DNA of 57,227 bases, counting the filler, from Bipalium vagum (taxonomy: Eukaryota), in assembly GCA_037834085.1 (NCBI GenBank). It is 3 parts of 3 records of this genome, joined end to end, with 100 filler letters (N's around TTAATTAATTAA, not from the genome) between each part and the next. Parts side by side here need not be neighbours in the genome. Positions count along the whole stretch, not along the records: positions 1 to 16,488 come from JBBMKC010108852.1; positions 16,589 to 38,245 come from JBBMKC010233943.1; 1 more part is not named here. One strand, written 5' to 3'. A program made the translations under genes and the position numbers. The notes under the pieces are model-generated. The model saw only the letters and a list, made by a program, of their open reading frames with translations, made no database searches and had not been told where the DNA came from. Shown here piece by piece: positions 13,085-25,600 of the stretch. The stretch's first letter is position 1; each line of letters opens with the position of its first letter.

Positions 13085-13660
13085 AAATATGTAAAGTTAA
13101 AACTGCATCAATAGTACATAACTTTTCTGGTTAATCTTTTAAATCAAAACAAAATATAGATTATAAATTTTGAACTTCTGATAAGCTTAATTGAGAATTA
13201 TTATTAAAGGATTTAAATGCTTTTACATAATTAGAAATAAGTTCTATTATTTTTACCTTCTTCAAATTTTATAGGATTTAAAGGATACTATTATCTATTA
13301 ACTAAAACTCTTAGACGTTTTATTTTATTTTGAATAAACAAACTATTGTTTTTATTAAAATTAAATTCTTATTATTTAAAAGCAATAAATATATTAATTG
13401 GTTTGTTTGATACATTATATAATTGTAATGTTTGTGTAGTTCCTTCTGTATAATTTCTTTCTTCACAATGTCTAGAATTAAATTTACATTTATAGATTTT
13501 CCATCATTTATTCTTGATTTAATTGTAATTCTGGAATAAATAGTATTAAATTTATTAATTTTATAGTTGCATTTCTTTAGGGTGCACAAAATACTTCTTT
13601 ATGAATATTAATTCTTCAAGTAAATGTGAATTTCTCCATTATTGTTTTTATCAATCATTA
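13085..13660 (-). mobile_element. Polinton double-jelly-roll major capsid protein, C-terminal fragment (decayed)
   Basis: IKLINLILFIPELQLN, VSNKPINIFIAFK, NNSLFIQNKIKRLRVLVNR**YPLNPIKF, QNL*SIFCFDLKD*PEKL. These match recalled Polinton/adintovirus capsid motifs (kP..i.iaF, lN...YP, ypifvfDl..Q.e). Confidence 0.7.
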
Positions 13661-13689
13661 CAAAAATTTTTTTTTACAATGTTGATGAA

Positions 13690-14857
13690 CCAACTTTCTA
13701 TTTTCAATTGTTTCTATTTCAGTTAAATTTAATTTTAAGCTCGTATTAGCAAATAAAAGTACTGGTTCTATGACAGTTTCTCTATGACTGGTTCTCTAAA
13801 GTTTTCCCATATTCAAAGTATTATTCATTAATTTATATGTTATTCCAAATTTTTCTTTATTTTTCTTTGCTTTTGTTCTCATAGAAATATGTAACTCAAT
13901 ACAAGATTTTAACCAGTTAGATTTTTTATATTCTATTTTTCTATGAATTTTAATAAGTTTTATTCCATGATCTAAATACCAATTTAACATTCATCCTTCA
14001 ATAATACAATTATATTTATTTTTCTGATTCATAATTAATTTCTCATTTGGTTTATAATTGCCATATCTTTTATTTTTCATTCAATTTTGATAATCTGAAA
14101 ATTTGTTTTCATTTGAAAAACATTTTTTAGGACATTAAGGATAAATTTTGTTTTATCTTTAATTTCTTTTGGATATTCTAAATCTACTTCATAAACAAAA
14201 GTTAGATTATTTTCACCAGGTAATGTTCTTTCATAGTTTAAAATAATTGGACATTGTTCTTCATCAAAATTAATTAAATCAGCTTCTGTAATAATTCAGT
14301 TTATTTCTCCTGTTGGTAATTCATCTATCATGGCAGAATGATATAAACTATTTGCATCATAACATAATACAGTTTTCTTTTAAATGATCTAAATTTTTAA
14401 TTTCATTATTTTTTCTCATTTTCAATTTGTATAATATTTCATTTAGTTCTTCTTTATCAAGAATTTTTCTAATAGGATTATAATTAGGATTTACTTTTTT
14501 GTTATTACAAACAACTTTTCTATTTCCTAAAACAGAACTTACTCCACCTCGAATTATTTTCTCAAAAGGATAATAGTTTATCATAAGATTCTTCTTTATA
14601 ATATTTTCATTTTACTTTTCTATATTTTAATTCTGCTAACCAAGTTAATCCTGGTAATGGATAACAATAACAAGGGTCAATTCCATAAGATTTTAAGCAA
14701 TCATCTCTAAACTTTTCAAATCTTTTTTTTCATGAACCCAATTTATATGTTGTGTTAAATATCTTTGTCCAGAAAAAGGTTTATTACAAATATCACATAA
14801 ATATTTTGGAATTATTTAATCGGAAATATCAAAAGCTTTTTTCGGAGATGCTTCCAT
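13690..14857 (-). mobile_element. Polinton pPolB: N-terminal C2H2 finger joined by deletion to the polymerase core (decayed)
   Basis: ATG 14857 MEASPKKAF, YLCDICNKPFSGQRYLTQHINWVH, then FEKFRDDCLKSYGIDP..LPGLTW, IRGGVS, motif A YDANSLY..AM..ELPTG, EVDLEYP, motif B YKLMNN. Confidence 0.9.
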
Positions 14858-14899
14858 GTTTTTATAATAAAAATATTTTTTTCTATTTTTTTTAGTTTT

Positions 14900-15410
14900 T
14901 TAATTATCAAAAATTTCTTTCATTCTTATTTCAAGCGTTTTTTCTTGTTTTTTTATTTTTAATCAATTATCTTCTCCAAAATGGAATTTCCAAAAATATT
15001 CACCTGAAATAAAGTAAACATTATTATTTGATTTATAAAACATTGGTTTCTTATCATAAACACATGCATAGATAATTTTATAATTTTTAAATTCATTTGA
15101 ATTTGCACAATTACTTAATTTATTCATAATAATTTCTTTATTATGTTGATTACATGTTGCAGAATTTGTTTTTATTTGAAATAAAACTTTTTTTTAATGA
15201 CAACAGAAATATTAATATTTCATTGATGTTCTTTCAAAATTAAAATTAAGCATGTTCTTCGAAGAATAATCAGGTTTTATGTGTAATTTGTATAATAATT
15301 CTGTTTTAATTGAAAATCTTCAAGGATATATTTAGACAGAAAATAATTGTTTGACATTTGTTCTGGTTTTTTTAAAATATCTTTCTTGCAATTTCTAGGA
15401 ATAATTCCAT
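14900..15410 (-). pseudogene. Restriction-endonuclease-like PD-(D/E)xK nuclease (Eco47II/Sau96I-like pattern), Polinton cargo
   Basis: Open 76-aa stretch 15193-14966: KKVLFQIKTNSATCNQHNKEIIMNKLSNCANSNEFKNYKIIYACVYDKKPMFYKSNNNVYFISGEYFWKFHFGEDN. Upstream, frameshifted: ITHKT*LFFEE. Downstream: *LKIKKQEKTLEIRMKEIFDN*. The 5' end is approximate. Confidence 0.55.
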
Positions 15411-15419
15411 TTTTTTAAA

Positions 15420-15808
15420 GAAAAAATTTAATTTTTTTATTTTTTCAATAATACTTTTTCTCGTACTTTTTACTTGTACTTTTTCTAGTACTTTTTAGTC
15501 ATATTTTTTAGTATTGAAAAAATTTCGTTGAAAAGGAAATTTTTCAAAGGCTGAAGAATTGAACAATTTTTGAAAATTTTAAGTAGTGAATTTTGATCAA
15601 AAAGTGAAAAAATTGACTTAAAAAGTGGTGGAAAAAGTGGCTTTTATGGGGGTGTTTTTTTTAAGTTGAGAAATAAACAGTTAAAAATCTACTAAAATGA
15701 GTAATTTTTCGCTGAAAAACAAAAAAGAAGTTTTTTCAATAGTGAAAAAATGAGATGAAAACACACTCCTTGCCTCTGGGGTCCATCTCGCGTAATAGAG
15801 CCACTACT
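15420..15808 (-). repeat. Polinton terminus / terminal inverted repeat arm
   Basis: Minus strand begins AGTAGTGGCTCTATTACGCG at 15808, followed by a GC-richer tip and about 350 bp of non-coding A/T-tract sequence, directly upstream of the nuclease and pPolB genes. No partner TIR in the window. Confidence 0.6.
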
Positions 15809-16039
15809 AATAAATAAGAGTATGCTTGCATCTTTTCTTTATATTCTTTTAAAGTTCATTTTCAATTCTTTTTTAACTGATTAATTAAGTTTTTCAATTA
15901 CATTTCCCTCTTTTATCTTTTTAATATTTTCCTTACATTGATTAATTATTATTTTTGCTTGTTCTAACTCTTTATTAGTTATGTTATCTTCTTATGCTTT
16001 TAATTGAAATATATATAAGTTTATTATTGATGCTTCTAT

Positions 16040-16255
16040 TTGTTTTACAATTTTTTTTTATAGTTTTTTTCGTTTAGAAGTAAGTCTTCTACTAATATTT
16101 ATACTTCCTATCATAGCATCACCAGTAACATTTAAAAATTTATTTTCTGATTAAGTTTGAATAAGAGTTATTTCTTCTTTTATTTTATTTTTTTCATTAT
16201 AATCATTATAAAAATAGGGGGTTTTAAAATATATAAAATTATCACTCATTTTTAT
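16040..16255 (-). mobile_element. Possible Polinton fibre-like gene fragment
   Basis: ENKFLNVTGDAMIGSINI resembles the y/fl...GDtM.G.lnm repeat of viral fibre-like proteins; short match only. Confidence 0.4.
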
Positions 16256-16488
16256 AATTCTAATTTTTCTAGAAGAACATATTTTAACTCATTTAAAATG
16301 TGAACGAAGCTCTCATGAAGCGTATCTTCGGCACTGACCCCTCCGGTGTGTTTTACTTTATTATCCTCAAACATCTTTTTATTAAACAACTGATATAAAA
16401 CATAAAGTCAATTGTCCACAATATTAATATATTGTATATTAATATTTATATTATATATTTATATTATATATTTATATTATATAATTAT

Positions 16489-16588
16489 NNNNNNNNNNNN
16501 NNNNNNNNNNNNNNNNNNNNNNNNNNNNNNNNTTAATTAATTAANNNNNNNNNNNNNNNNNNNNNNNNNNNNNNNNNNNNNNNNNNNN
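16489..16588. other. Artificial assembly spacer
   Basis: 44 N + TTAATTAATTAA (stops in all six frames) + 44 N = 100 bp. Confidence 0.97.
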
Positions 16589-16663
16589 CAACCCATAAAT
16601 ATGCGGATTATGCAAGGGGTGCGGATTATACAAGGGGCGCGGGTTATACACGCGAAAATACGG
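16589..16663. mobile_element. End of a Tc1/mariner-superfamily (pogo/Tc2-like) MITE
   Basis: Three 18-bp subterminal repeats (GCGG[A/G]TTAT[A/G]CA...) ending CGCGAAAATACGG followed by TA; truncated by the gap. Confidence 0.65.
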
Positions 16664-16936
16664 TAGATAAGATTTACTGATCAGGTAATATAAAAAAATA
16701 TATTTTGAATCAAGAATTATCGAATTCTGATTGAAAAAGTCCAAAAATTGAAGAATAATTTTTGTTTAATAATTTTTAATATCTTCTGATAAATATAAAT
16801 AATATAGAAAAATAAAAAATAATTAGTAAATATTTTTAAAAATTTGTATTAATTTATTATAATCACTATTGAGAAACATGGATTAATTGATATTTCCTAT
16901 TTATTTAAAATTATTTTAATTCTCGTTTTTGTGAAG

Positions 16937-19662
16937 ATGACAATTGACAGACAGTTGATAAAATTTGAAACCAGTGTTATTGGAGAAAGTCTTGTACAAT
17001 CCATAAATTTGAAAAACTTGGGATCAAAGGGAACTTTTTGTTATATATTGAAAAAGTCACAAGTAATAATATTTGATAATAAGAACTACTTCATTTTATC
17101 GATTTTGTATTTTAGTTTAACATTGGTTCTGATTTAAAGCCTACAGATGAATACAATGGAGAACTAAATGAAGGCACGTTTTACTTTATTATTAATTAAA
17201 ACAAGATTTTCAAAAAATTTATTATTATTATTATTATTATTATTAAATTTCAATTAATTATATATTTACTTTTCATCTAATAGACCAAATATGGTCAGTC
17301 GAAGAAAATCCATTTGTGACAATGAATTAATTCACAAAATTACACGTGATTTAAAATTTTTAATTAAATAACTTCAAATTAAATTGTGTCAATAAAGATA
17401 TCGAGGCTTTGTGTTTCAAAATTTTGGGAATAATATAGATTAAAATATTTTCGCCTTTTGATCTAATTTTTTCCCCAATGTATCCAGAATTTAAAAAAAC
17501 ATTTGGATATTTAATGTATACTTGTAATGATAAATACCATTTACAGTTATATCTCGTTACTATGTAACCTCGCTACTATGCCACTCTCTCTATTTTATCG
17601 CTATTTTTTTATCAAGGAGAAGGTGGAAACTTCATCGCGAGTGACGGTTAATTAGACAATTTTAAGGAACTCCAAGGCAGAGCGAAGCTGAAGTGTTAGA
17701 TTCACAATCTCTTCTTAAGTGGCAACAATATGTTGGCAACAGACAACGTTTTCACTATGGACGAGACTGGACTCTTATGACAACAACAACCATGGCTTTC
17801 AAGGGAGAGCAGTGTACAGGAAGAAAGAAAAGTTTTGGCAAATATGATTGGCAGCGAGAAGTTTTTTCTTCTGGTAATTGGCGCTTCCAAAAGACCTCGT
17901 GCCTCCAAGAATAAGGAGTACAAGGCGAACGCAAAGACATGAATGACAGTGAAGCTTTTCGAGGAGATATTGCTTGCATAGGGCGGACGATTCAGCCAGC
18001 AGGGACGCAGAGTGCTGGTCTGTCTTGATAAATTTGTTGACCACCAATTTGACGACTTTATAACTGTCGAGGAGGAAGTCGTTTTAGTTCGAGGAAGCCC
18101 AGAGCTCATGTAACAGAAAAGCTGGAAGCCCGATGTGATGCAAGCGTGCGATTAGTTATATAACGAGATGCACGTAATCTGCCGAAAGAAAATTCTTGAG
18201 AGCTTTGGGTTGATAAGTAACTTGAGAAAATAAATCAGTTCTTACAAACCATCGCAACTATTTCTCTCTTACTCAGTCACGACAGTCGGCATAGTAACGA
18301 GATATAACTGTACTTTAAAAGAAAAGACTCTTTTTCTTTTTATGATTTGACCAAATTCTAAATTGATTATTTATTCACTACTGATCTGACTTTGAGCTCA
18401 ACCACAAATTACATGTCCAGTTTTCATATAAAAATTTAATTAAAATATTTTTTATATTGGAGAAATAGAAAGCAAAAAATCTCGTGATAATAAAAACTTT
18501 TTTTTACAAAGTAATTATTTATTTAATAAAGATGAAAAAATAAATTATATTTGGCAAGATTGTTTGAAAATAATTATTTATTTCACCGGTAATTTAAAAC
18601 TAATTAATGATAAATCAAATTTGAGGCACGAAGTAGCGATTATGTTACAGTTTGTTTTCCATAAAAATAGTAATCTAACCACAATTTTCTCAAAAGAGAA
18701 TATAAAATTAAGAAGTTCTAAGATTTTGAGGAATTATTTATTTTAAGGATTTTTTATGAAGTATGAATTTTGAAACATTGAAAAGTAAGATGTGACGAAA
18801 AGAATAAATTTCCCTTATTTCATTCATACCTATTTGATATTTGTATTATGCAACTCTGTTCCATCAATTCTAAGACTATAACACTAATAGTTACTTTTCT
18901 TGAATTATTATGAAATTGCGATAATATCTGTTATTATTATAGTTCGTAATTTCACGAGTATCATTTTTTTAGACTTTAGTTTCGATAGATCTATAACTAC
19001 AAGCTTGGACAATATAAAATTGTGGATTGAGCCCAATGGAAAACAGGAAATAATGGTAAAATGGAATCCATTGATTGCTGGCGATTATTCAGAAGATTTC
19101 TTTATCAGGTTTGAAGATGAGGATAACAAAGGAGTAAATATAATATTTTTGGAATTTTTATTATTGATATTTTTACATCTTTCTTATATTTCATAAAATC
19201 TGAATAAAATTTCAATATTAACTAATCCAAATTCTTTGTTGAAATGCCTTAAGTCATTGGTTTGTTTTAATATATTAACTTTCCTAATAAAATATAAATT
19301 ATATTTAATTTTAAGTTTTATTTTATATCTATTGTGAATGTTATACGGCTCATTTTAAAGTCATATGTATTGATTGCTAAAACCTTTTATTTTCTTCAAG
19401 TTGAAGAACTCCAACCTCTCTTGATAAAATTGAAAGAACACTATCAAAAGTCGTTGGAAAGTGACCCATTTACATTTTTTCGTCAAACTGATTTAATAAA
19501 AATCTCACAAATGATTCAATTGGCTTTTAGATTATTCTTTATATACTTAGATTATACTTTAGATTTTGTATCATACTTATCGAAATATTTAATTTAAAAA
19601 ATATAAAATCTGAACTAAAAAATCACTTTAGATTTAATACAATAAAAATATCTTAAGTTTTT

Positions 19663-19698
<36 letters not shown>

Positions 19699-22600
19699 TT
19701 TTTTTGATTAAATTGAAAAATTAGAACAAATAATTAATAATCAATAAGTTATAGAATCTTATTCGTTTTTTAAATTCTATTTCATTTCTACTTTACTTTT
19801 TTTCCTTTTTATTTCATGTGCACTAAATTTACTAGTTTCAACATTTTTTATTTTCTATATTTTTCTTAATGGTTATTAAAAAACAGTGCATAATTGTTAA
19901 TATCTGACTCCAATATCTTACAATTGCATTCGCTAATTTAACCCTTATTTATTAATAAATTAATTATATTAATAATTATAAATTTTATAATATATAATTA
20001 TAAATTTATTATTAATATAAATATAACATATAAAATAATAAGACTTTAAACCAAAATGTATTCAATTGAATCTCAATGTTGTAACAATCACAATATCTCA
20101 AAATATCTCAAGTACAATGTAAAATATCTGAATGTCTCTGAGATATCACAATTTACTTGATTTCATAGTTCAAAAATAACAGAAAAAATAAAATGAAAAT
20201 ATAATAGTTCTGTAAAAAAAATCTTTTTTTTGTTATTCAATTTGTTATTCAAAAGTTTACTTTACCTCTTAAATTAACTTTCTTTAAGATCAATAAAATA
20301 ACCTCAAATCATTTCTTAAGCTTATCGCAATTATGAATAGTGAGAGATTGATAAAACCACAAAGTCTTCCTTATTACAATAATTTGATCATGTTTTTGTG
20401 ATAAAGTAAATAGTTGGTATTTATTATAGTGAACAATAACCTTATTTTTCAAATAAACGCTTTCTAGCAATCATTTCTGTAAGTAAAAAAATTATTTATT
20501 ATAATAGAATTTTGAAGCACGATTCGATCTTTTTAATTCAGATGGTTTTCAGTCAATTTTAATGTTCTAATCAATTATCTTCAAATGACTTCACATTCAT
20601 ATATTTTTAATATTTATCTTCATTATTATTTGATGAAAAATTATTTCTTTTTATTTAACATTTTTTACAAATTTTAAAATTTTCTATTTTTAAAAAAAAT
20701 ATTCTAATTAAGGAAGGCATTGATCATTGATTGATTTCTGATTTCTACACTTCATGAATTAATTTCAATTTTTCGATCACTAATGATTCATAATTTTTCT
20801 TTTTTCCGTATTATCAATTTTCCCAATATTATACAAAATTCATTTATATATTGTTTTGTATATCTGTTTGAATTTTCACAATATATTTCTTTAGGATTTT
20901 AAAATGAAAATCGCTTACTGAGTTATTTTAATCTTTAGTTAAATATATATTTTTGACGATTATATTTATTTCAGTTCGACTTAAGAATTCTAGGAAAAGC
21001 AATTGATGTCCCAGTTTATATAGAAGACCAGACGATTTCAATGAATATATGTATGTTTGACCGTCTATATCAGGACACGATCATTTTTCATAGTAGAGCG
21101 TCGACAGCTCTTCAGTTGCAATTTCATATTCCTTCGGAAATGAAAGATTATTTAGAGATTTTGCCTAATTCAGGATTTATCCAGGTAAACTCTTAGATTA
21201 TCTCAATTAAAGAATTAATCAATTTATTTATTTAAGAAACATCAATTTTACAAGATTTTATTAAAAAAGTTAAAAGAAAATAAAAATAAAGATATATTAA
21301 ATGTAAATAAAAATTTTGAAATATCTTTTTATTTTTTTAACTTAGCTGAAAAAATTAAATTAAAAAAAATATTATTTTCGATTTTATAATTAAGCCAGCT
21401 TCATTTAATATTTTATTTATTTTTCATTATTAACTTGTTTTCATATTTATATTATCTTCCAAATTAAACTTTCTTTTTAATGAAGAAAACATTTATTATT
21501 ATATAAAAATACCTTAATTTTAATTTAATAATAAATTAATATAAATTAAAATCGATTTTTTGGTGACTGCCATAAGAATGACTTGTAATTGAAAAAATTA
21601 ACGTTATAAATTAAAATTTTGAAAATACATCTGATTTAATGGGAAATTTGATTGGTGTTTAATATAAAAAATGATGGTTGCAACTATTAATGTTTTTTTA
21701 TTTGTTCACATTATCTGGTTATTATTACTAAAGAAGTCATTGCGAAGTTATTAATTCAATAGAACAAAACTAGTTTTTTCTAAATTAGTATTTATGAAAT
21801 TATTCTGATTTAATCAATGATACAGGAGAAAAGTGAATGGTGCTCAAAAAAATTTCTTCAAAAAATTGATTAACAAAAATATGGCATAGATTATTATTGT
21901 ATTATGTTGTTGTTTATTAGGTTGTGTCATATGAATTGGGCGATTTCAAAAAATTAATATTTAAAAATGTTTTACAATTTTTTATTTTAATTTTCTACAA
22001 TAAACTTTGGCAAGGAAATTTTTATAAATCTTCCTCAAACAGGTTTTAGCAATTTTATTCTTTTGTTCATCACGAGCAATAAGAACAGCGACTTTGTAGG
22101 ACTTGAATCCTCTATTCTGCTTCACTTTGTGGATGTATAATTTAGATGTTTTATATTACTCTGCAACATCACGTACTGAAAGCGAAGGAATTTTCTTAAA
22201 CGCACTGATGACATTGTATCAATTGGACCTACTTTTTTATCTGAACCTGAATAGTAAATCTTCTTATAGCTTGAAATAGCTTTTTGAACAGTTGATTATG
22301 TAACTCCAACATTTTTAGTGATCGTTGAATATGAAGAAGCTGTATTTTGATTGTATTTGGACAATTTATTTTTCATATTTCAATTTTTTGTCAATCTTGG
22401 ACATTAATATTTATTGATCTACAAAATCAATAAATTATTTAGATAATATGACACAAAAAACTTAATTTATAAAAATAATGGTATTAGAGCAATCTATTCA
22501 AAAGTTTTCTGATATGTTTACTGATATGTTTTCATATTAATTTTAATGTCCATTTTTAGGCAGGTCAGAACTTCAAAGCACAAATAAAATTACTTATCAG

Positions 22601-25600
22601 ACCTACTTTATATGAAGAAAATTGTCCATATTTTGACACAGAGTCTGGTATTTTGGATGTTCCTATTTCAGCGTCAATTGCAAGTCAAGTCAAAACCATC
22701 AATTTTAACGTACAGGCAGTTTTAACAGTTACAGATTTAGAAATAAGTGTAATAAATAATGATTCTGGAATACTTGACTTCGGATATTGCACTATAAAGC
22801 ATACGACAATGAAATCGATTCAGGTGACAAATAAATCAATATTGCCCCAAGAATTTGGATTCATTGATTGTCCTGATGTTTGTTTCATAACATATTTTAT
22901 TATTTATACATTCCGATTTTAGTATATAGAGATCCAGCCGAACTTTGGTTATGGTATTATTTTACCAAAAGAAACATTAGAATTGCAGATTTTTTTTAGT
23001 CCACTAAAGGCCGAACATTTTGAATTCCAGTTATTTTGCCAAACTTTAATTAACAGGTAAGAATTACAAAGGTATGGAATTTATAGGTAGACATTCGTTA
23101 AACATAAGATAATAATAATAATAATAATAATATTATTAATAATGAATTATTGTCGATTTTTACAGAATTAAACAAATATTTTTACAGAATAGGTACAGTT
23201 ATGAAATATACATTTTATTATATATTATTTTATTATTGGTTTCTACAATACAATTTAATTTCTCCATATTTTAAAGAATTTCGCGTTTTACTTTGAAATG
23301 CGCATATTTTTATGTCAATTGAAAAATGATGATATTGGAATATTTTCTCAGTCATTCACTCATTTCATCAAGAGTCTGTGTGGATGTTTTTCAATTTATT
23401 GCCCACCTTGTTACTATTCACAACTTACTTAGTTGACGACTCTAAATGAAATATTCCCAAGTTGAAAAGAGAAAATCATCATCTGCGATTCTTTATATCA
23501 TGAATGCCTGGATAAATTCACTTATTTGATTTGTTTGGTTTGGTTGTTATTTATTTGGTATTTTATAAATTTAATATGCTCATCAAATTTCAAAACACAA
23601 TATTTTATCATAGACAACAAAAACCTTTAATAATTTAAAATATTATTGTTTTATCTATTATGAGTTCTCAAAAATCTGGATCACATTGATGGAATCTAAT
23701 ATTTGTAGAATATTTCTATTAAATTTATAATTTAATAATAATAATAATACTAACAGAATAAATCTTTTCAAAATTCATTTTGTTGAATATATTTTTATTT
23801 TATAATAGAGTCTTCTCTGTATCGTGTTGTGGAATTGGAGTCAAACCACCTTTGGAGATAAGTAGCCATATTATTGACTTTCCTTATACGGCTATCGATG
23901 ATAAGTCTAAGGTGAATATTTTCATTCACAATAACCACTTGAGCAAAAACATATATACTCACGATCCCCCAAGAATCGGAAATGGTTCTGTAGCACCTAT
24001 TGGGCCGAAAACTTTCCAATTTGTTGTCCCTGAAAATAATTCAATTTATATTCATCCCAGATTCGGAACAATATTTCCTGGAAAAGTATAGAATTTATGC
24101 ATATTATAAAATATTATAATTTCTTCGAAAATATTATGTTTAATTAATATTATAATTTAATGTTTATTTAAAATTTTATAAGAAGATAGGTTCTTCCCAA
24201 TTTTAAATTGAAAAATGGTTTATTTTATCATTATTATTTTATTATTTTTTAAAAATTATATAGTTTCACTTTTATTATTATTATTATTATTATTAATATT
24301 ATTATTATTATTAAATTATTAGATTTTCCTGTTATGAATCACATAATATAACTATCTTCGTTAAGTTTGAATTATTTCTTTGCCCAATAGGTTAAAAAAT
24401 CAAAAATTATACAATAAAAATATTTTTATTCAGAAACAAAAGATATCTATTTTTTTTGAACCTGGATTCTTGGAAGACTTAATTAAAACAGAGGCATCAA
24501 ATATATTAAACAATAAATTAGAAAAAAAGGCAGAAGAAGAATGGAAAGAAAAGATACGTATTTTAAAAATGCAAAAAGAGGAAGAAAAAAAAGATGTAAT
24601 TATTTTTTTAATATAATTTTTCAATCATTCCTTTACAGAAAAATGACAGCAAATTGAAGAGATCAGCTAAAAAGCAAAGCCGTCCTCATAGTAATAAAAG
24701 TGTCAATCAAAACACCGTTGAAGAACTTGAAGCAGCTGGACCAGATTCATTTGAGAAAGTAGAGCCCGAAAAAGTTGTGACAAATTCAGATGACTACATG
24801 AAAGGAAAACTTTCATTAATGAAGAAATTTAATTTTCAGTTTGATCTCTTCAAGATTAAATGTCTGATAGCCGAAGGAAACATAGGAGATACAGATAAAG
24901 AAATTAGTTACAAGTACATCGCTATTTTTAAAAGTTTATTTTCTAAATAATGTCTCTAGTCCTTGCAATACCTTATTTTTGGAACTACATTGTCCTTCAG
25001 TTAAGCCAGATTTATTAATTTTATCTAACTGCAAAGGATCTGTAATTGATTTTGGAGAAAATATCATAGGTAGAAGAGTCAAAAGAATTGTTTCGATCCA
25101 AAATATTTCTTCAGAAAGTTTTCAAGTAAAGCTTTTGAATTAATAATTTTTTTTCTTTATAATAATCATGAGCCCGTCTTGGAAATTAATAATCCCACGA
25201 GCGACATTTTTATAAATATCAAGCAGTTTATTTAGGAATAATCATATTTAGAAAAAGTAAAATTATTAACGAGAGTAATGAAATGCATATGTTAAATATA
25301 ATATTGGGTTGATTCATAAGTTCGTGCGTTGTTAATGAAAATATTATGCATGTGTTAGAGATAAGAATTTTGCAATCAAACAAATTTTATTCAGAAAAAA
25401 TAAAGACAATTATGTTCAACTGTCTTAATCCAACGATGGGGAAGTTGTTTGATGCCATTCTGGTACCATACTTTATCTTTGGAAAGAAAAAATTCACGAA
25501 ATCCATTTTCAACCTGTTCTATATTTTCAAACTGTAGTCCTCTATTATTCTATTTTACGATACTCGCGCCGTATCGCAAAAGAGCATTAATCTGTTGCAG

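Noticed and set aside
12860-13400. Alternative genetic code (TAA/TAG = Gln) in the Polinton genes
   Set aside because: Stops also replace expected Tyr, Glu, Gly and Trp, frameshifts are frequent, and host genes read cleanly in the standard code (7121-7951 ends in TAG). Ordinary decay explains it.
16541-16744. ORF with YNPHPL repeats
   Set aside because: It is the translation of MITE subterminal repeats running into the N spacer.
17693-18109. Four overlapping ORFs as genes
   Set aside because: They are antisense or off-frame readings of the GC-richer pogo remnant.
17174-18972. GC-AG intron in CFAP74 (GAAG/gcacgt)
   Set aside because: An all-GT-AG model with the extra exon 17284-17345 keeps the frame equally well, so a GC donor is not needed.
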